Source: Spirochaetia bacterium (GTDB lineage Bacteria; Spirochaetota; Spirochaetia; UBA9216). Taken from it: a stretch of 64,000 nt of DNA. The position numbers and the translations under genes were made by a program. Position 1 is the stretch's first letter. The number at the start of each line of letters is the position of its first letter. The notes under the pieces are model-generated. The model did no database searches and had not been told where the DNA came from. It worked only from the letters and a program-made list of their open reading frames with translations. The stretch lies in NCBI GenBank assembly GCA_963675665.1, contig OY776510.1, positions 3,808,001 through 3,872,000 of the forward strand. The letters run 5' to 3'. Below, piece after piece: positions 9,453 through 19,289 of the stretch.

Positions 9453-10986
9453 ATTCTTCGTTGCCTATCCTGATTATGCTGCCTGCCGGGTTCTGGGCAA
9501 TTACACTGTCTTTTCTAACGACAATATCAGTTGCAGCAAAAACCTCTGCATCGGACAATCCCGTCAATTTAAGTGCTTTATCAAAAATCCCTATTTTCCA
9601 TTCTGAACCGTCTTTGACTACGGCATAATAATTACCGCCCGATTCTATTACCGCAGAATCAATATAGACTTCAGCGGTTCCGGATTCAGTAATTTCGAGA
9701 CTCTCAGGATCAATTTTCACCAGACTTACTATCCTTGTTCCGCCAGAACTGCCTGCTACGGATATGATTCCGTTATTACTGAATTTATATCCCCGCAATC
9801 TGATAGTATCTATTGAAGACTGCCTGATAATCTTTCCGCTTACGGAATCCACCATTACCAGCTGCCCTGTATATGAACCGGCATCTCCGCTCACCTTAAT
9901 AAAAGGAACAGCATCAACAGAGGGTTTGGCTTTTGCCGGTTGGGCGGAAGTAACAACCGCCGCATCTGAAAGATCTTCTTTCTCTATTTCCGCAGCCTGG
10001 TCTTCTGTAATGCGTTCTCTTTCCTCAATGACCTTTTCTTCCCGTTCTGCAAGCTTTTCTTCCCGTTCATCAAGGGCCTTTTCTTCGGTTGCAACAACTT
10101 CCTTCTCTTTTTCAACATCAGCAAGCTCATCCTTTATCTCTTCAGCGCGCCCGGAATCTTCAGTCTGCCTGAGTTCCTCTTCAAGCCCGGCTTTCTTCTC
10201 ATCCAGTTCTTTTTCCTTAACTGCGATATCTTCACGTTTCTGTTCGATTACAGTGCGTTCTTCATCGATCTCGTCATCTTTCAATTCTACAAGTTCACGT
10301 CGCTGCTCAATACCCCGATCATCTTCGCTTCTTAGCTGGTCTATTACCATTTCATCTGAAAGCAAATCGGTATCGAGATCGCTGATTACATTAGTACCGG
10401 CCTGCGGAGTCAAAGGAATAAGCATCATGGTGTTTCCGGGCCATTCAACATAACTTAGAGCTATTCCGCATTTTTTCGGATCAAGGTTGCGGTTAACAAT
10501 ATCCTTGTAATGTATTGTGAAATATTCGATGTCGCCGCGATGTACAGCATTGTATATTGTAATAAATTCCGCCAGAAGGTCGGCCTGATCTGTTTCATAA
10601 CCATAGGCGGCTTCCAGATACCCGGCAATTATTCTTCTGAGGTTTTTTATATGGTCTACTGCGGCAGTTTTCTCCAGGATAAAAATATCAGCATCAAGAC
10701 CGTTTTTATCAGAATAATCTACAGCATGTATGACCCTGTATTTATCGAAAAAATTGAAGCTTTCCATTTCCCTTTCAACATTCCGGCCCAGATACCCGCC
10801 GATGCCGCGTATCTCGTCTGCTGTATCGATTTTATTGTGCGGTCCGGAATAATTCTGAAAAACAATTCCGGCGCTGTCGGCGGCCGTTTGAAGCTCTTCA
10901 AGAAAAACTGTTTCGGCGGCAAGATTGACGGCAGCCAAACAGATCAGAATCAGAAAAACTCCACTGAAAAATGTTTTTGTTTTCAT
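9433..10986 (-). CDS. P83/100 family spirochaetal exported protein
   Basis: Signal peptide; VDHIKNLRRIIAGYL and LAEFITIYNAVHRGD resemble Borrelia P83; central E/K coiled coil. Confidence 0.8.
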   Translation of the reverse strand: MKTKTFFSGVFLILICLAAVNLAAETVFLEELQTAADSAGIVFQNYSGPHNKIDTADEIRGIGGYLGRNVEREMESFNFFDKYRVIHAVDYSDKNGLDADIFILEKTAAVDHIKNLRRIIAGYLEAAYGYETDQADLLAEFITIYNAVHRGDIEYFTIHYKDIVNRNLDPKKCGIALSYVEWPGNTMMLIPLTPQAGTNVISDLDTDLLSDEMVIDQLRSEDDRGIEQRRELVELKDDEIDEERTVIEQKREDIAVKEKELDEKKAGLEEELRQTEDSGRAEEIKDELADVEKEKEVVATEEKALDEREEKLAEREEKVIEERERITEDQAAEIEKEDLSDAAVVTSAQPAKAKPSVDAVPFIKVSGDAGSYTGQLVMVDSVSGKIIRQSSIDTIRLRGYKFSNNGIISVAGSSGGTRIVSLVKIDPESLEITESGTAEVYIDSAVIESGGNYYAVVKDGSEWKIGIFDKALKLTGLSDAEVFAATDIVVRKDSVIAQNPAGSIIRIGNEEFRAPAF

Positions 10987-12716
10987 TTCATACTCCTTAA
11001 AACCTCACCGGCTTTTCTTCTTGTCCCGGCAGAATAGTTACCGCGGAAAATTTCAAGCAGGGTCCTGTAGCCGTACCCGGATACAGCAGCTCCGCTGTAA
11101 TCCGTAATTTTACCCACCGCACTGACTGCGGCAAGAGCCAGACGTTCACTGCCTTTTCCATTATCGTCGATTACAACCTTATTGTAAATTGCTTCAAGCG
11201 GCAGCCCGTTAAAATCGGACCCGAGAGAGCCGAGCGCCAGAATCATGGAGGCACTTGCATCTTCATATTTCTCCTCTCCGAGGACTACAGTTAAAAGCTC
11301 AATAGATTCAAAATTTCCGTACTTTCCCAGAATATCCGCCGCTTTTTTTCTGACTGAAGGATAATCATCCGCTGCCGGGAAAATACCCGATTCCATTGTG
11401 AGAAGACTTTCAGAAAGCGCAAGATGAACAAGATGAAGAAGATAGTTTTCTCCCCTGTCTGCACCTTCAGCAGCTATTCTGTCCGAGATCTCTTCAAGGG
11501 CCCTGATTTTATCATTTATATCGCCGGATTGAATTGTTTCCCGAAGATAAAGGTAATCCATATCTGAAAGAAACAGCGTTTCATTAAAATGCCATTTACG
11601 GACGCCTGAGGTGCCGTCATGGGCTGCACCGCCGCCTTTCTGTGTCCAACCATCACCAAGGCTGCTTTCAGCCGTAAAAGCGCAGGCTACCCATTCCTCA
11701 GAGCCGCAGACAAGCAGATTGTTTCCAAGTACCGGCTGTGTCAGTGTTATACCCGAAGGTTCCGTATCATAAAGAATTTTCCCGGTAAAATCCATAATGG
11801 TAATCTTTGAGCCGCGCATTATATAGATGCTGTTGTCTCCGGCTGCCGGATAAGAGCTGTAACCGGCCCCCTGCCCTGACCATAGCAATTCTCCGGTAAA
11901 ATCCAATGCTTCCGTAAGTCCGTCTGAATACAGGACAAACAACCCCTTTTCTTCGGGCAGGACTATCAGGGCCGAGATATCATCACGCATTTCATCCGAC
12001 CACAGGACCTCCCCCTCCGGGGTCAACGCCTGCAGGTTCCTTCCCAGAGAAGTATAAAGAACATGCCTGTTTACCGCAGCATGCCGAACAGCCTTGAGTT
12101 TATTAACATTATCATCCGACTGCCCGGCGGCCGGCATAGTCCAGCGCAGTTCACCCCACTGAGTTCGGCAGCTTATCGCTCCCGTATCATCGAATGTGTA
12201 AACAGCTTCACCGGCATCGACCACCGGCGGCTGCAGAATTGCGTTCCCCGTATCAATGCTCCAGCGTTCAAAACCCAGATGGCTTACAGCACAAAGCCTG
12301 CCTGATTTATGGGCCAGATAAACAGTGCCGTCTATTGCAGCGGCAGGTTCGCCGGCGGGTGCCCCGTCCGTATCGACCTGCCAGATTAGTCTTCCGGCTG
12401 AATTTACAGCATATAATTTACCGTCATCAGTACATGCGTACACTGTGCCGTCGGCTCCTATTGACAACGAATCTGCCGGGCGGCCGGAAAGCCTGAATTT
12501 CCACCGGACTGCTCCCTGCGGCGTAAGAGCATGTATTTGTCTGTCTTCGGAATAAAGATAGATGCCGGCAGCAGAAACAGCAGGTCTGCTGATCAGCTCG
12601 CCTCCGGCTGCATATTTCCATAAAAACACCATTTCCTCTCCATTGGAAAACAATGGAAAAGTCGGTTCCAAAATTAGAAAAATGATTAAAAGTAAATTGT
12701 TTCTTATGCCGGGCAC
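10983..12716 (-). CDS. Exported PQQ-like beta-propeller protein with C-terminal HEAT-like repeats
   Basis: Repeated G.vrW motifs (GAVRWKF, GRLIWQV, GELRWTM); helical C-terminus VRKKAADILGKYG. Confidence 0.78.
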   Translation of the reverse strand: MPGIRNNLLLIIFLILEPTFPLFSNGEEMVFLWKYAAGGELISRPAVSAAGIYLYSEDRQIHALTPQGAVRWKFRLSGRPADSLSIGADGTVYACTDDGKLYAVNSAGRLIWQVDTDGAPAGEPAAAIDGTVYLAHKSGRLCAVSHLGFERWSIDTGNAILQPPVVDAGEAVYTFDDTGAISCRTQWGELRWTMPAAGQSDDNVNKLKAVRHAAVNRHVLYTSLGRNLQALTPEGEVLWSDEMRDDISALIVLPEEKGLFVLYSDGLTEALDFTGELLWSGQGAGYSSYPAAGDNSIYIMRGSKITIMDFTGKILYDTEPSGITLTQPVLGNNLLVCGSEEWVACAFTAESSLGDGWTQKGGGAAHDGTSGVRKWHFNETLFLSDMDYLYLRETIQSGDINDKIRALEEISDRIAAEGADRGENYLLHLVHLALSESLLTMESGIFPAADDYPSVRKKAADILGKYGNFESIELLTVVLGEEKYEDASASMILALGSLGSDFNGLPLEAIYNKVVIDDNGKGSERLALAAVSAVGKITDYSGAAVSGYGYRTLLEIFRGNYSAGTRRKAGEVLRSMK

Positions 12717-12718
12717 TC

Positions 12719-13243
12719 CTATTTATCCGATAATTCGGCCAATAGATTATCCAGTTCACCAATCTGGACTTCGCACATTTTTTCAAATGCCAGTTCCTGA
12801 TTTGTTCCTCTGAGTTTTTTAAGAAGACTGTGAATTATTACCAGCAGCAGCTTATTTCCTGTAGCGGGGTTCTCTTTTATGAAATCCATAAGAACAGTTC
12901 TGGGTATGCTCAGGATAACCGATTCATCAAGACTGACAATATTGGCTGTTCTTCTTACACGCAGGAACATACCCGCCTCGCCGAAAATCTCACCTTCCTC
13001 GATTGAACATATATAGACATCCTTGCCGCTTTCCTGCCTGACGTTAACCTGGACCATCCCGTTTACAACGACAAGAATGTTCTGCGCAATATCGCCCTGG
13101 TTTACGATTTTTTCCGTATCGGAATAATGAAAAAGCTCACTTTCACCGACAATATACAGAATTTCAGCAGCCGACATGAATTTGAAAATAGACAGTTTCC
13201 TGTATTCTTCTATATAGGCCCTTTTTTCCTGAATTACTTTCAT
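12719..13243 (-). CDS. Stand-alone cNMP-binding domain protein
   Basis: GEIFGEAGMFLRVRRTANI; no obvious HTH. Confidence 0.85.
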   Translation of the reverse strand: MKVIQEKRAYIEEYRKLSIFKFMSAAEILYIVGESELFHYSDTEKIVNQGDIAQNILVVVNGMVQVNVRQESGKDVYICSIEEGEIFGEAGMFLRVRRTANIVSLDESVILSIPRTVLMDFIKENPATGNKLLLVIIHSLLKKLRGTNQELAFEKMCEVQIGELDNLLAELSDK

Positions 13244-13291
13244 TACTTTCTACCTCCTGTATACATTAATCAATATTGTTCATTCTTGCAA

Positions 13292-14056
13292 TCATTTTCT
13301 TTTTTTACATTTCTGTGAAAGCGGACAACCTGTACACCTTATTGCTTTTGAACAGAATTTTTTTGCATGTTTCACTATAAGCGCATGATATTCCTGCCAG
13401 GAATTAATATCAGTTCGAAAAACTCTTTCTACTGATACTCTCAGCTCATCATAATCAGCAGAATTAATCTCATCAATTCCGGTAAATCTTGAAAGAACAC
13501 GCCGGGTGTACGTATCGATAATGAAATAGGGCTTGTTGAATGCATAAAGCATTATTGAATCTGCCGTCTCCGGTCCGATTCCCCATACTGAAAGCAGGTC
13601 TTCCCTTGTCGGCTCGCGTGATCCCAGGTTAATCATCAGGGCTGCAAGGCCTTTCAGCTTTACGGCTTTCTGATTGTAATAACCGCTTGATTTGATAATT
13701 TCCGCCAGTCCGGTCGCTTCCGTTTCAAGTATTTTCTCAGGGCTCAGCAGCCCCGTCTTTATCAGGGAATCAAGCGCCGAGGAAGCATTTCTCCAGTTGG
13801 TATTCTGAGTGAGTACAGCGCCTGCGGCTATCTCGAATATATCGTTTGCTAAGGGCACATAATTTGTACCGGGATGATATCCGCTGCTGTTAAAACCAAG
13901 GGTGCTGCAGGCTTCGGCCCCGGCGCCTATACGACGGGAACGCAGCGGCCACCATCCCTGAGGGCCGTAATAATTGTACAATATTCTGTATAAGCCCGTT
14001 ATACTTTTTCCCGGTAATTCAATTCTGTAATCGCAAATCTGCTTTCCTTCCACCAT
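13292..14056 (-). CDS. HhH-GPD / endonuclease III-related protein
   Basis: GPQGWWP, AVLTQNTNW, GIGPETAD, IDTYTRR and C-terminal C-x6-C-x2-C-x5-C. Confidence 0.88.
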   Translation of the reverse strand: MVEGKQICDYRIELPGKSITGLYRILYNYYGPQGWWPLRSRRIGAGAEACSTLGFNSSGYHPGTNYVPLANDIFEIAAGAVLTQNTNWRNASSALDSLIKTGLLSPEKILETEATGLAEIIKSSGYYNQKAVKLKGLAALMINLGSREPTREDLLSVWGIGPETADSIMLYAFNKPYFIIDTYTRRVLSRFTGIDEINSADYDELRVSVERVFRTDINSWQEYHALIVKHAKKFCSKAIRCTGCPLSQKCKKRK

Positions 14057-14098
14057 ATTTTTAATTATAACACAAAGTCCTTTTCCATCCTTTGTTAC

Positions 14099-14129
14099 AA
14101 AAAAAAAGAGCTGCCGGTTAAGGCAGCTC
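14099..14129 (-). terminator. Intrinsic terminator of ppdK
   Basis: GAGCTGCC-N6-GGCAGCTC next to an A-tract, which is a U-tract on the minus strand. Confidence 0.8.
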
Positions 14130-14137
14130 CGTAAAAT

Positions 14138-14182
14138 ATTGAGGCTCTTTCAAAACTCCCCGAGTTTTGAAAGAGCCTCAAT
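14138..14182. repeat. Perfect 21-bp inverted repeat
   Basis: ATTGAGGCTCTTTCAAAACTC-CCC-GAGTTTTGAAAGAGCCTCAAT. Confidence 0.9.
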
Positions 14183-14190
14183 TACATTGT

Positions 14191-16860
14191 TTATTTCTTG
14201 TTTCTCAGTACTGCCTGCGCTGCCGCATGCCGTGCAATAGGAACCCTGAACGGAGAACATGAAACATAATTCAGTTTGTTTCTGTAACAGAAATCAATTG
14301 ATGCAGGGTCGCCTCCGTGCTCGCCGCATATTCCAAGCTTGAGATCACTCTTAATACCGCGACCAAGACTTGCAGCCATCGTAACAAGCTTGCCTACACC
14401 GTTCTGATCAAGCGATGCCGTCGGGTCAACCTCAAGAATGCCCTGTGAAATATACGAAGGCAGAAATGCACCGGCGTCATCACGTGAAAAACCGAAGGTC
14501 ATCTGGGTAAGGTCGTTAGTACCGAAAGAAAAGAAGTCTGCGTGCTCGGCAACTTCATCGGCCGTAAGTGCCGCTCTCGGTATTTCAATCATTGTTCCAA
14601 TCTTGTACTCAACCTTTTTGTTTGTTTTCTCAAAAACCCCGGCAATAACAATTTCAGCATTGTCTCTGAGAATTTTTAATTCCTGCCAGGTTCCGACCAA
14701 CGGAATCATGATCTCGGGAAGGACTTTATCGCCTTCCGCTTCAACCTCAACGGCTGCGCTTATTATTGCTTCAACCTGCATATCGTATATTTCAGGATAT
14801 GTAACTCCAAGCCGGCATCCGCGGTGACCGAGCATGGGATTATGTTCATGAAGCGCTTCAATCTTCTGCTTAAGCGCAGTTGGAGTAATTCCCGCCATTA
14901 CAGCAATATTTTTGATATCCTCATCAGTCTGGGGAACAAATTCGTGTAACGGAGGATCAAGAAGCCTTACAGTAACAGGAAGACCGCTCATTGCCTTGAA
15001 AATACCTTTAAAATCCGCTTTCTGCAGACTGAGGATTTTACCAAGAGCTTTCTTTCTGTCGTCAGTTGTGTCTGCCACAATCATCTGCTGAAAATATTCA
15101 AGTTTTCCGGCATCAAAAAACATATGCTCGGTACGGCACAAACCTATGCCTTCAGCGCCAAGGCTTCTTGCAAGCTTTGCGTCTTCGGGCTGATCTGCAT
15201 TTGTTCTTACAAGAAAACCTTTCTGCTCAAGACCATCCCGTTCATCAGCCAGCCTGATATTATCGGCCCAGGAAAGGAAGTCAACCAGTTCTCCGGACAT
15301 CTCCGGGGCTATTGTTTCAACCTGCCCGGCAAAGACCTCGCCGGTTGTTCCGTCGATAGTAATCCAGTCGCCTTCCCTGTACTCTTTTCCACCGACCTTC
15401 ATTATTTTTCCGGATATTGCAACATCCTTGCATCCTGCTACACACGGACGGCCCATACCTCTTGCAACAACAGCGGCATGGCTTGTCATACCCCCGGTAG
15501 AAGTCAGGATTCCCTGTGCTACATTCATTCCGCCTATATCATCAGGAGAGGTTTCTTTTCTTACCAGAAGGACCTTCAAATCTCCGCGTTCAACCCACAT
15601 TTCTGCATCATCGGCCGAGAAGACAATCTTGCCGGTTGCAGCTCCAGGAGAAGCGTTAAGACCTTTGGCCAGCGGTTTTAAAGTTTTTTTAACTTTCGGA
15701 TCTATCATAGGGTGAAAAAGCTGATCAAGCTGGTCCGAATCAACACGGAACATGGCTTCTTCTTTGGTTATAAGCCCTTCTTTGGCCATATCCACGGCGA
15801 CCTTAACTGCTGAAGCGCCGGTCCTTTTACCGTTTCTTGTCTGAAGAATGAAAAGATTACCCTGCTGTATTGTAAACTCCATATCCTGCATATCACGATA
15901 ATGTGTTTCAAGTTTGTCCTTGATATTAACAAGCTGGGAATAGATATTCTCGTCCTGATCGGCAAGCTGCGACAGTTTTTCGGGGGTCCTTATGCCGGCT
16001 ACAACATCTTCGCCCTGTGCATTCATCAAATACTCACCGTAAAAAACATTTTCTCCCGTCGACGGGTCTCTGGAGAAGCAAACGCCTGTTCCCGAATCGT
16101 CTCCGAAGTTACCGAAGACCATGCATTGAACATTTACCGCTGTGCCCTTGAGATTTTTGATTCCGTTAATATCTCTGTATTTAATTGCTTTCGGATTGTT
16201 CCAGGAGCCGAATACTGCATCAATAGCAGCCTGAAGCTGCTCAAGCGGTTGCTGGGGAAAATCCTTGTTCTGATTTCCTTTAAAAGCAATTTTATAAAGC
16301 TCAACAAGTTTTTTCAAATCATCAGCATCGAGCTCCGTATCCTGCTCAACGCCTTTTTTCTTTTTCATATCCTCAAGGATGTCCTCGAAAACATTAATAT
16401 CCATACCCAGTGCAACATTACTGAACATCTGAATGAATCTTCTGTACGCGTCCCATGCAAATCTCGGGTTTCCCGTTATCGCGGAAAGACCTTCGACGGC
16501 ATTGTCGTTCATTCCAAGGTTAAGTATAGTATCCATCATACCTGGCATTGAAACAGCAGCTCCGGAACGAACTGAAACAAGCAGCGGATCTTTCGGATCT
16601 CCGAGTTTTTTGCCCATCAGGCTCTCAAGTTTTCCAAGAGTTGATTTCAACTCTGCATCAAGGCCTTCAGGATACTGCCTGTTGTTCCTGTAAAACATAT
16701 CGCAGACTTCGGTAGCAATAGTAAATCCGGGCGGTACAGGAATACCAAGATTTGTCATTTCAGCGAGGTTTGCACCTTTTCCTCCAAGCAATTCTTTCAT
16801 GCTTGCGTCCCCTTCGGCCTTACCGTCGCCGAAGAAATAAATAAATTTCGTGTCACTCAT
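14191..16860 (-). CDS. ppdK: Pyruvate, phosphate dikinase
   Basis: LLGGKGANLAEM, GGMTSHAAVVAR (phospho-His), FSFGTNDLTQ, GICGEHGG; 889 aa. Confidence 0.98.
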   Translation of the reverse strand: MSDTKFIYFFGDGKAEGDASMKELLGGKGANLAEMTNLGIPVPPGFTIATEVCDMFYRNNRQYPEGLDAELKSTLGKLESLMGKKLGDPKDPLLVSVRSGAAVSMPGMMDTILNLGMNDNAVEGLSAITGNPRFAWDAYRRFIQMFSNVALGMDINVFEDILEDMKKKKGVEQDTELDADDLKKLVELYKIAFKGNQNKDFPQQPLEQLQAAIDAVFGSWNNPKAIKYRDINGIKNLKGTAVNVQCMVFGNFGDDSGTGVCFSRDPSTGENVFYGEYLMNAQGEDVVAGIRTPEKLSQLADQDENIYSQLVNIKDKLETHYRDMQDMEFTIQQGNLFILQTRNGKRTGASAVKVAVDMAKEGLITKEEAMFRVDSDQLDQLFHPMIDPKVKKTLKPLAKGLNASPGAATGKIVFSADDAEMWVERGDLKVLLVRKETSPDDIGGMNVAQGILTSTGGMTSHAAVVARGMGRPCVAGCKDVAISGKIMKVGGKEYREGDWITIDGTTGEVFAGQVETIAPEMSGELVDFLSWADNIRLADERDGLEQKGFLVRTNADQPEDAKLARSLGAEGIGLCRTEHMFFDAGKLEYFQQMIVADTTDDRKKALGKILSLQKADFKGIFKAMSGLPVTVRLLDPPLHEFVPQTDEDIKNIAVMAGITPTALKQKIEALHEHNPMLGHRGCRLGVTYPEIYDMQVEAIISAAVEVEAEGDKVLPEIMIPLVGTWQELKILRDNAEIVIAGVFEKTNKKVEYKIGTMIEIPRAALTADEVAEHADFFSFGTNDLTQMTFGFSRDDAGAFLPSYISQGILEVDPTASLDQNGVGKLVTMAASLGRGIKSDLKLGICGEHGGDPASIDFCYRNKLNYVSCSPFRVPIARHAAAQAVLRNKK

Positions 16861-17027
16861 AGAAATACGTAACCCTCCGTGTATGTATGAGTAGTATATA
16901 TAGTTATTTTGTAGACAATTGATACCTTGCCCGAAAAGAAAGAACTGTCGGGCGTTCTGAAGTGCTTATATAAAAACTGAAGTCAATTTTCACAAAAGTA
17001 CTTCACCGGAACTTTTGTTTACGTCTA

Positions 17028-17073
17028 AAGGTAGAATAATAATGCCCCAATGTCAATATAACATTGGGGCATT
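17028..17073 (-). promoter_or_regulatory. Sigma70-type ppdK promoter overlapping a 13-bp hairpin downstream of the sigma-factor gene
   Basis: Minus strand TTGACA-N17-TACCTT (17056-17028); hairpin AATGCCCCAATGT/ACATTGGGGCATT at 17041-17073. Confidence 0.6.
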
Positions 17074-17109
17074 CGTCTAATCTGCTGAACATATGTTCAT
17101 TTTTCAGCT

Positions 17110-17973
17110 TCAGGCAGTTTGCATTTCAACATATGCCTCGAGGTATTTGCTTCTGGATGGGTGCCTTAACCTGGCGAGGGCTTTTTTCTCTATCTGGCGT
17201 ATTCTTTCCTTTGTCAGATTATATTTATCGCCTATCTCTTTGAGCGACATCGGAGCTTTTCCGTTAAGTCCGAACCGCATATTGATTATATCCGCTTCTT
17301 TGTCACTGAGGGTAGCAAGAATCGAGTTAATATCTTTCCTCAGAGAGTTTGCAACTGCGGCCTCTTCGGGGCTGGTATAATCTTCATCCTCAATAAAGTC
17401 TCCAAGCTGTGAAGAATCACGTTCTTCATAAACCGGAGTTTCAAGCGAGATGTGTTCCCGTGAAACATTAAGAAGGTTTGAAACATGGTCTTTATCCATG
17501 TTTACCGCCCAGGCTATATCCTCCAGATCCGGATTCTCACCTTTGTCAGAAAGAAGTTCCTTTTTTGCCTTCTCAATCTGAACAAGCTCATTAGCCCTGT
17601 TCAAAGGAAGCCGTATCATTCTTGACTTCTCGCATATAGCTTTAAGAATTGCCTGCCGTATCCACCAGACCGCATACGAAATGAAATGATAACCTTTATC
17701 AACATCATATCTTTCGATCGCATTCATAAGGCCTATATTACCTTCATTAATAAGGTCAGACAGAGGCAGTCCCTGATTCTGATATTTTTTCGCCACATTT
17801 ACAACAAACCGCAGGTTTGCTTTGACAATCGCGTCTATTGCATATTTTTCACCCTTTGCAGCCCGTCTTGCATAATCATCTTCTTCTTCCCGGGTCAGCA
17901 ACGGAATCCTGTTTATTTCTTTGAGGTAAATGGAAAGAACATTCTCATCTTCATATCTTTTAGTATTAGCCAT
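17110..17973 (-). CDS. Short sigma70-family factor without region 1.1 (RpoS-like)
   Basis: LSIYLKEINRIPLLT, ANLRFVVNVAKKY, SYAVWWIRQAI, TKERIRQIEKKAL; 287 aa. Confidence 0.9.
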   Translation of the reverse strand: MANTKRYEDENVLSIYLKEINRIPLLTREEEDDYARRAAKGEKYAIDAIVKANLRFVVNVAKKYQNQGLPLSDLINEGNIGLMNAIERYDVDKGYHFISYAVWWIRQAILKAICEKSRMIRLPLNRANELVQIEKAKKELLSDKGENPDLEDIAWAVNMDKDHVSNLLNVSREHISLETPVYEERDSSQLGDFIEDEDYTSPEEAAVANSLRKDINSILATLSDKEADIINMRFGLNGKAPMSLKEIGDKYNLTKERIRQIEKKALARLRHPSRSKYLEAYVEMQTA

Positions 17974-17997
17974 ATTCTTCCTCCTGTATATACATAC

Positions 17998-18012
17998 GCA
18001 GGAAACATGCCA
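17998..18012 (-). promoter_or_regulatory. Sigma54 (-24/-12) promoter of the sigma-factor gene
   Basis: Minus strand TGGCATGTTTCCTGC with exact GG-N10-GC spacing; the predicted TSS lies just before the AGGAGG SD. Confidence 0.7.
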
Positions 18013-18147
18013 AAAACCGTAAAATACAGAATGTTTATAATTTCTTATAGTGTAATGAATTACTTAAGCCATTATTTTTATATGATTTTTAAATATTTAC
18101 AAGTGGGTCAGAATGCCCCTATGATTTTTTTCATCTTCCTATATGGG

Positions 18148-18810
18148 TCAAAACAGCCCATTTTTAAGCTCATCAATAGATTTTATGCGTCCGCAGCACC
18201 ACATATACGGCAGTCCGCTTCCGCACGCACATAGATCATTGCCGAAATCAACATATCTGATATTCTCCGGTTTATTTTCGGTTAGGTCAGGAACAGTCAA
18301 AGAAGGGAAAAAAATAACAAATTCCCTGAATTTTGCAATTTTCTCCCTGGTATTCAGTTCTGAAAAATCATTTCTGTCACAGCAGTCTTTCCAGGCATCA
18401 GACACAAGTTCGAAAATCATATCTCTCTCTGCAAGAGTGCCGAAACGACCGGATTTCTTGGTGTACAGATATCTCATTACATGTATTGCCGTAAAAGCCG
18501 CCTCATCATCAAGTTTTTTATCAGATTTGGCCGGCATTCCATATTCATTAAGAAGACAGTTGAGCATATTTTTTGTGTGAGGTTCTTCGATTCCCATCTT
18601 GACAGCGGCAATCATATTCTTAACTGCAATACCCCGCATTCCAAGACCGAAAAAAGATCTTCCTATTTCAAAAATAATATTCCCGGCAATAGACGAATCA
18701 CTGTCAGGACACCCTTCGAGAGCAGCCTCAAGCAGTTTAACAGCCTGTTCGTAGTTTTCACAGCTGTTCTGATCTTTTCCCTGTTGAAAATAAATCTTCC
18801 AATCTTCCAT
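18148..18810 (-). CDS. TPR + SEC-C motif protein
   Basis: N-terminal TPR-like helices; C-terminal CACGSGLPYMWCCG. Start moved to ATG 18810. Confidence 0.75.
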   Translation of the reverse strand: MEDWKIYFQQGKDQNSCENYEQAVKLLEAALEGCPDSDSSIAGNIIFEIGRSFFGLGMRGIAVKNMIAAVKMGIEEPHTKNMLNCLLNEYGMPAKSDKKLDDEAAFTAIHVMRYLYTKKSGRFGTLAERDMIFELVSDAWKDCCDRNDFSELNTREKIAKFREFVIFFPSLTVPDLTENKPENIRYVDFGNDLCACGSGLPYMWCCGRIKSIDELKNGLF

Positions 18811-18999
18811 GCTTCGTTTTCCTTTATATAATCTACAAAAAAACTGCCGGAGGGGCAAATAAAAACTTAATGTAAATTGAACACATTTATTTATGATTTT
18901 AATCTTTTTTACTTGACGATAATTTCAATCCTCCGTATATTTTTTTTAAACATTATGAAATAATTCTTAATCTCATTAAGATTCAGGAGGACAGGAAAT

Positions 19000-19266
19000 A
19001 TGAAGATTAAACCTCTCGCAGACAGAGTGCTTATCAAGGTTGAGTCGGAAGAAACACAGAAAGTTGGCAGTCTCTTTATTCCGCAGACAGCCCAGGAAAA
19101 AACTAACACCGGTGTGGTTGCTGAAATCGGAGATGACAAAGACGTCATTACCGTAAAAGTCGGCGACAAGGTTATGTTTGACAAATATGCCGGAACAAAA
19201 CTTGAAGCAGACGGCAGCGAATATCTGCTTGTAAGAATAGCAGACGTACTAGCCATTGTAGAATAA
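19000..19266 (+). CDS. groES: Co-chaperonin GroES
   Basis: KIKPLADRVLIK, VKVGDKVMFDKYAG; promoter TTGACG-N17-TATATT upstream. Confidence 0.96.
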   Translation: MKIKPLADRVLIKVESEETQKVGSLFIPQTAQEKTNTGVVAEIGDDKDVITVKVGDKVMFDKYAGTKLEADGSEYLLVRIADVLAIVE

Positions 19267-19289
19267 ATTATCAAAAATCATTATGGCAG

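Noticed and set aside
9764-10453. 229-aa Ser-rich plus-strand ORF
   Set aside because: Antisense mirror of the E/K-rich coiled coil of P83/100.
14438-16693. Several long plus-strand ORFs opposite ppdK
   Set aside because: Antisense shadows with no motifs or SD sites.
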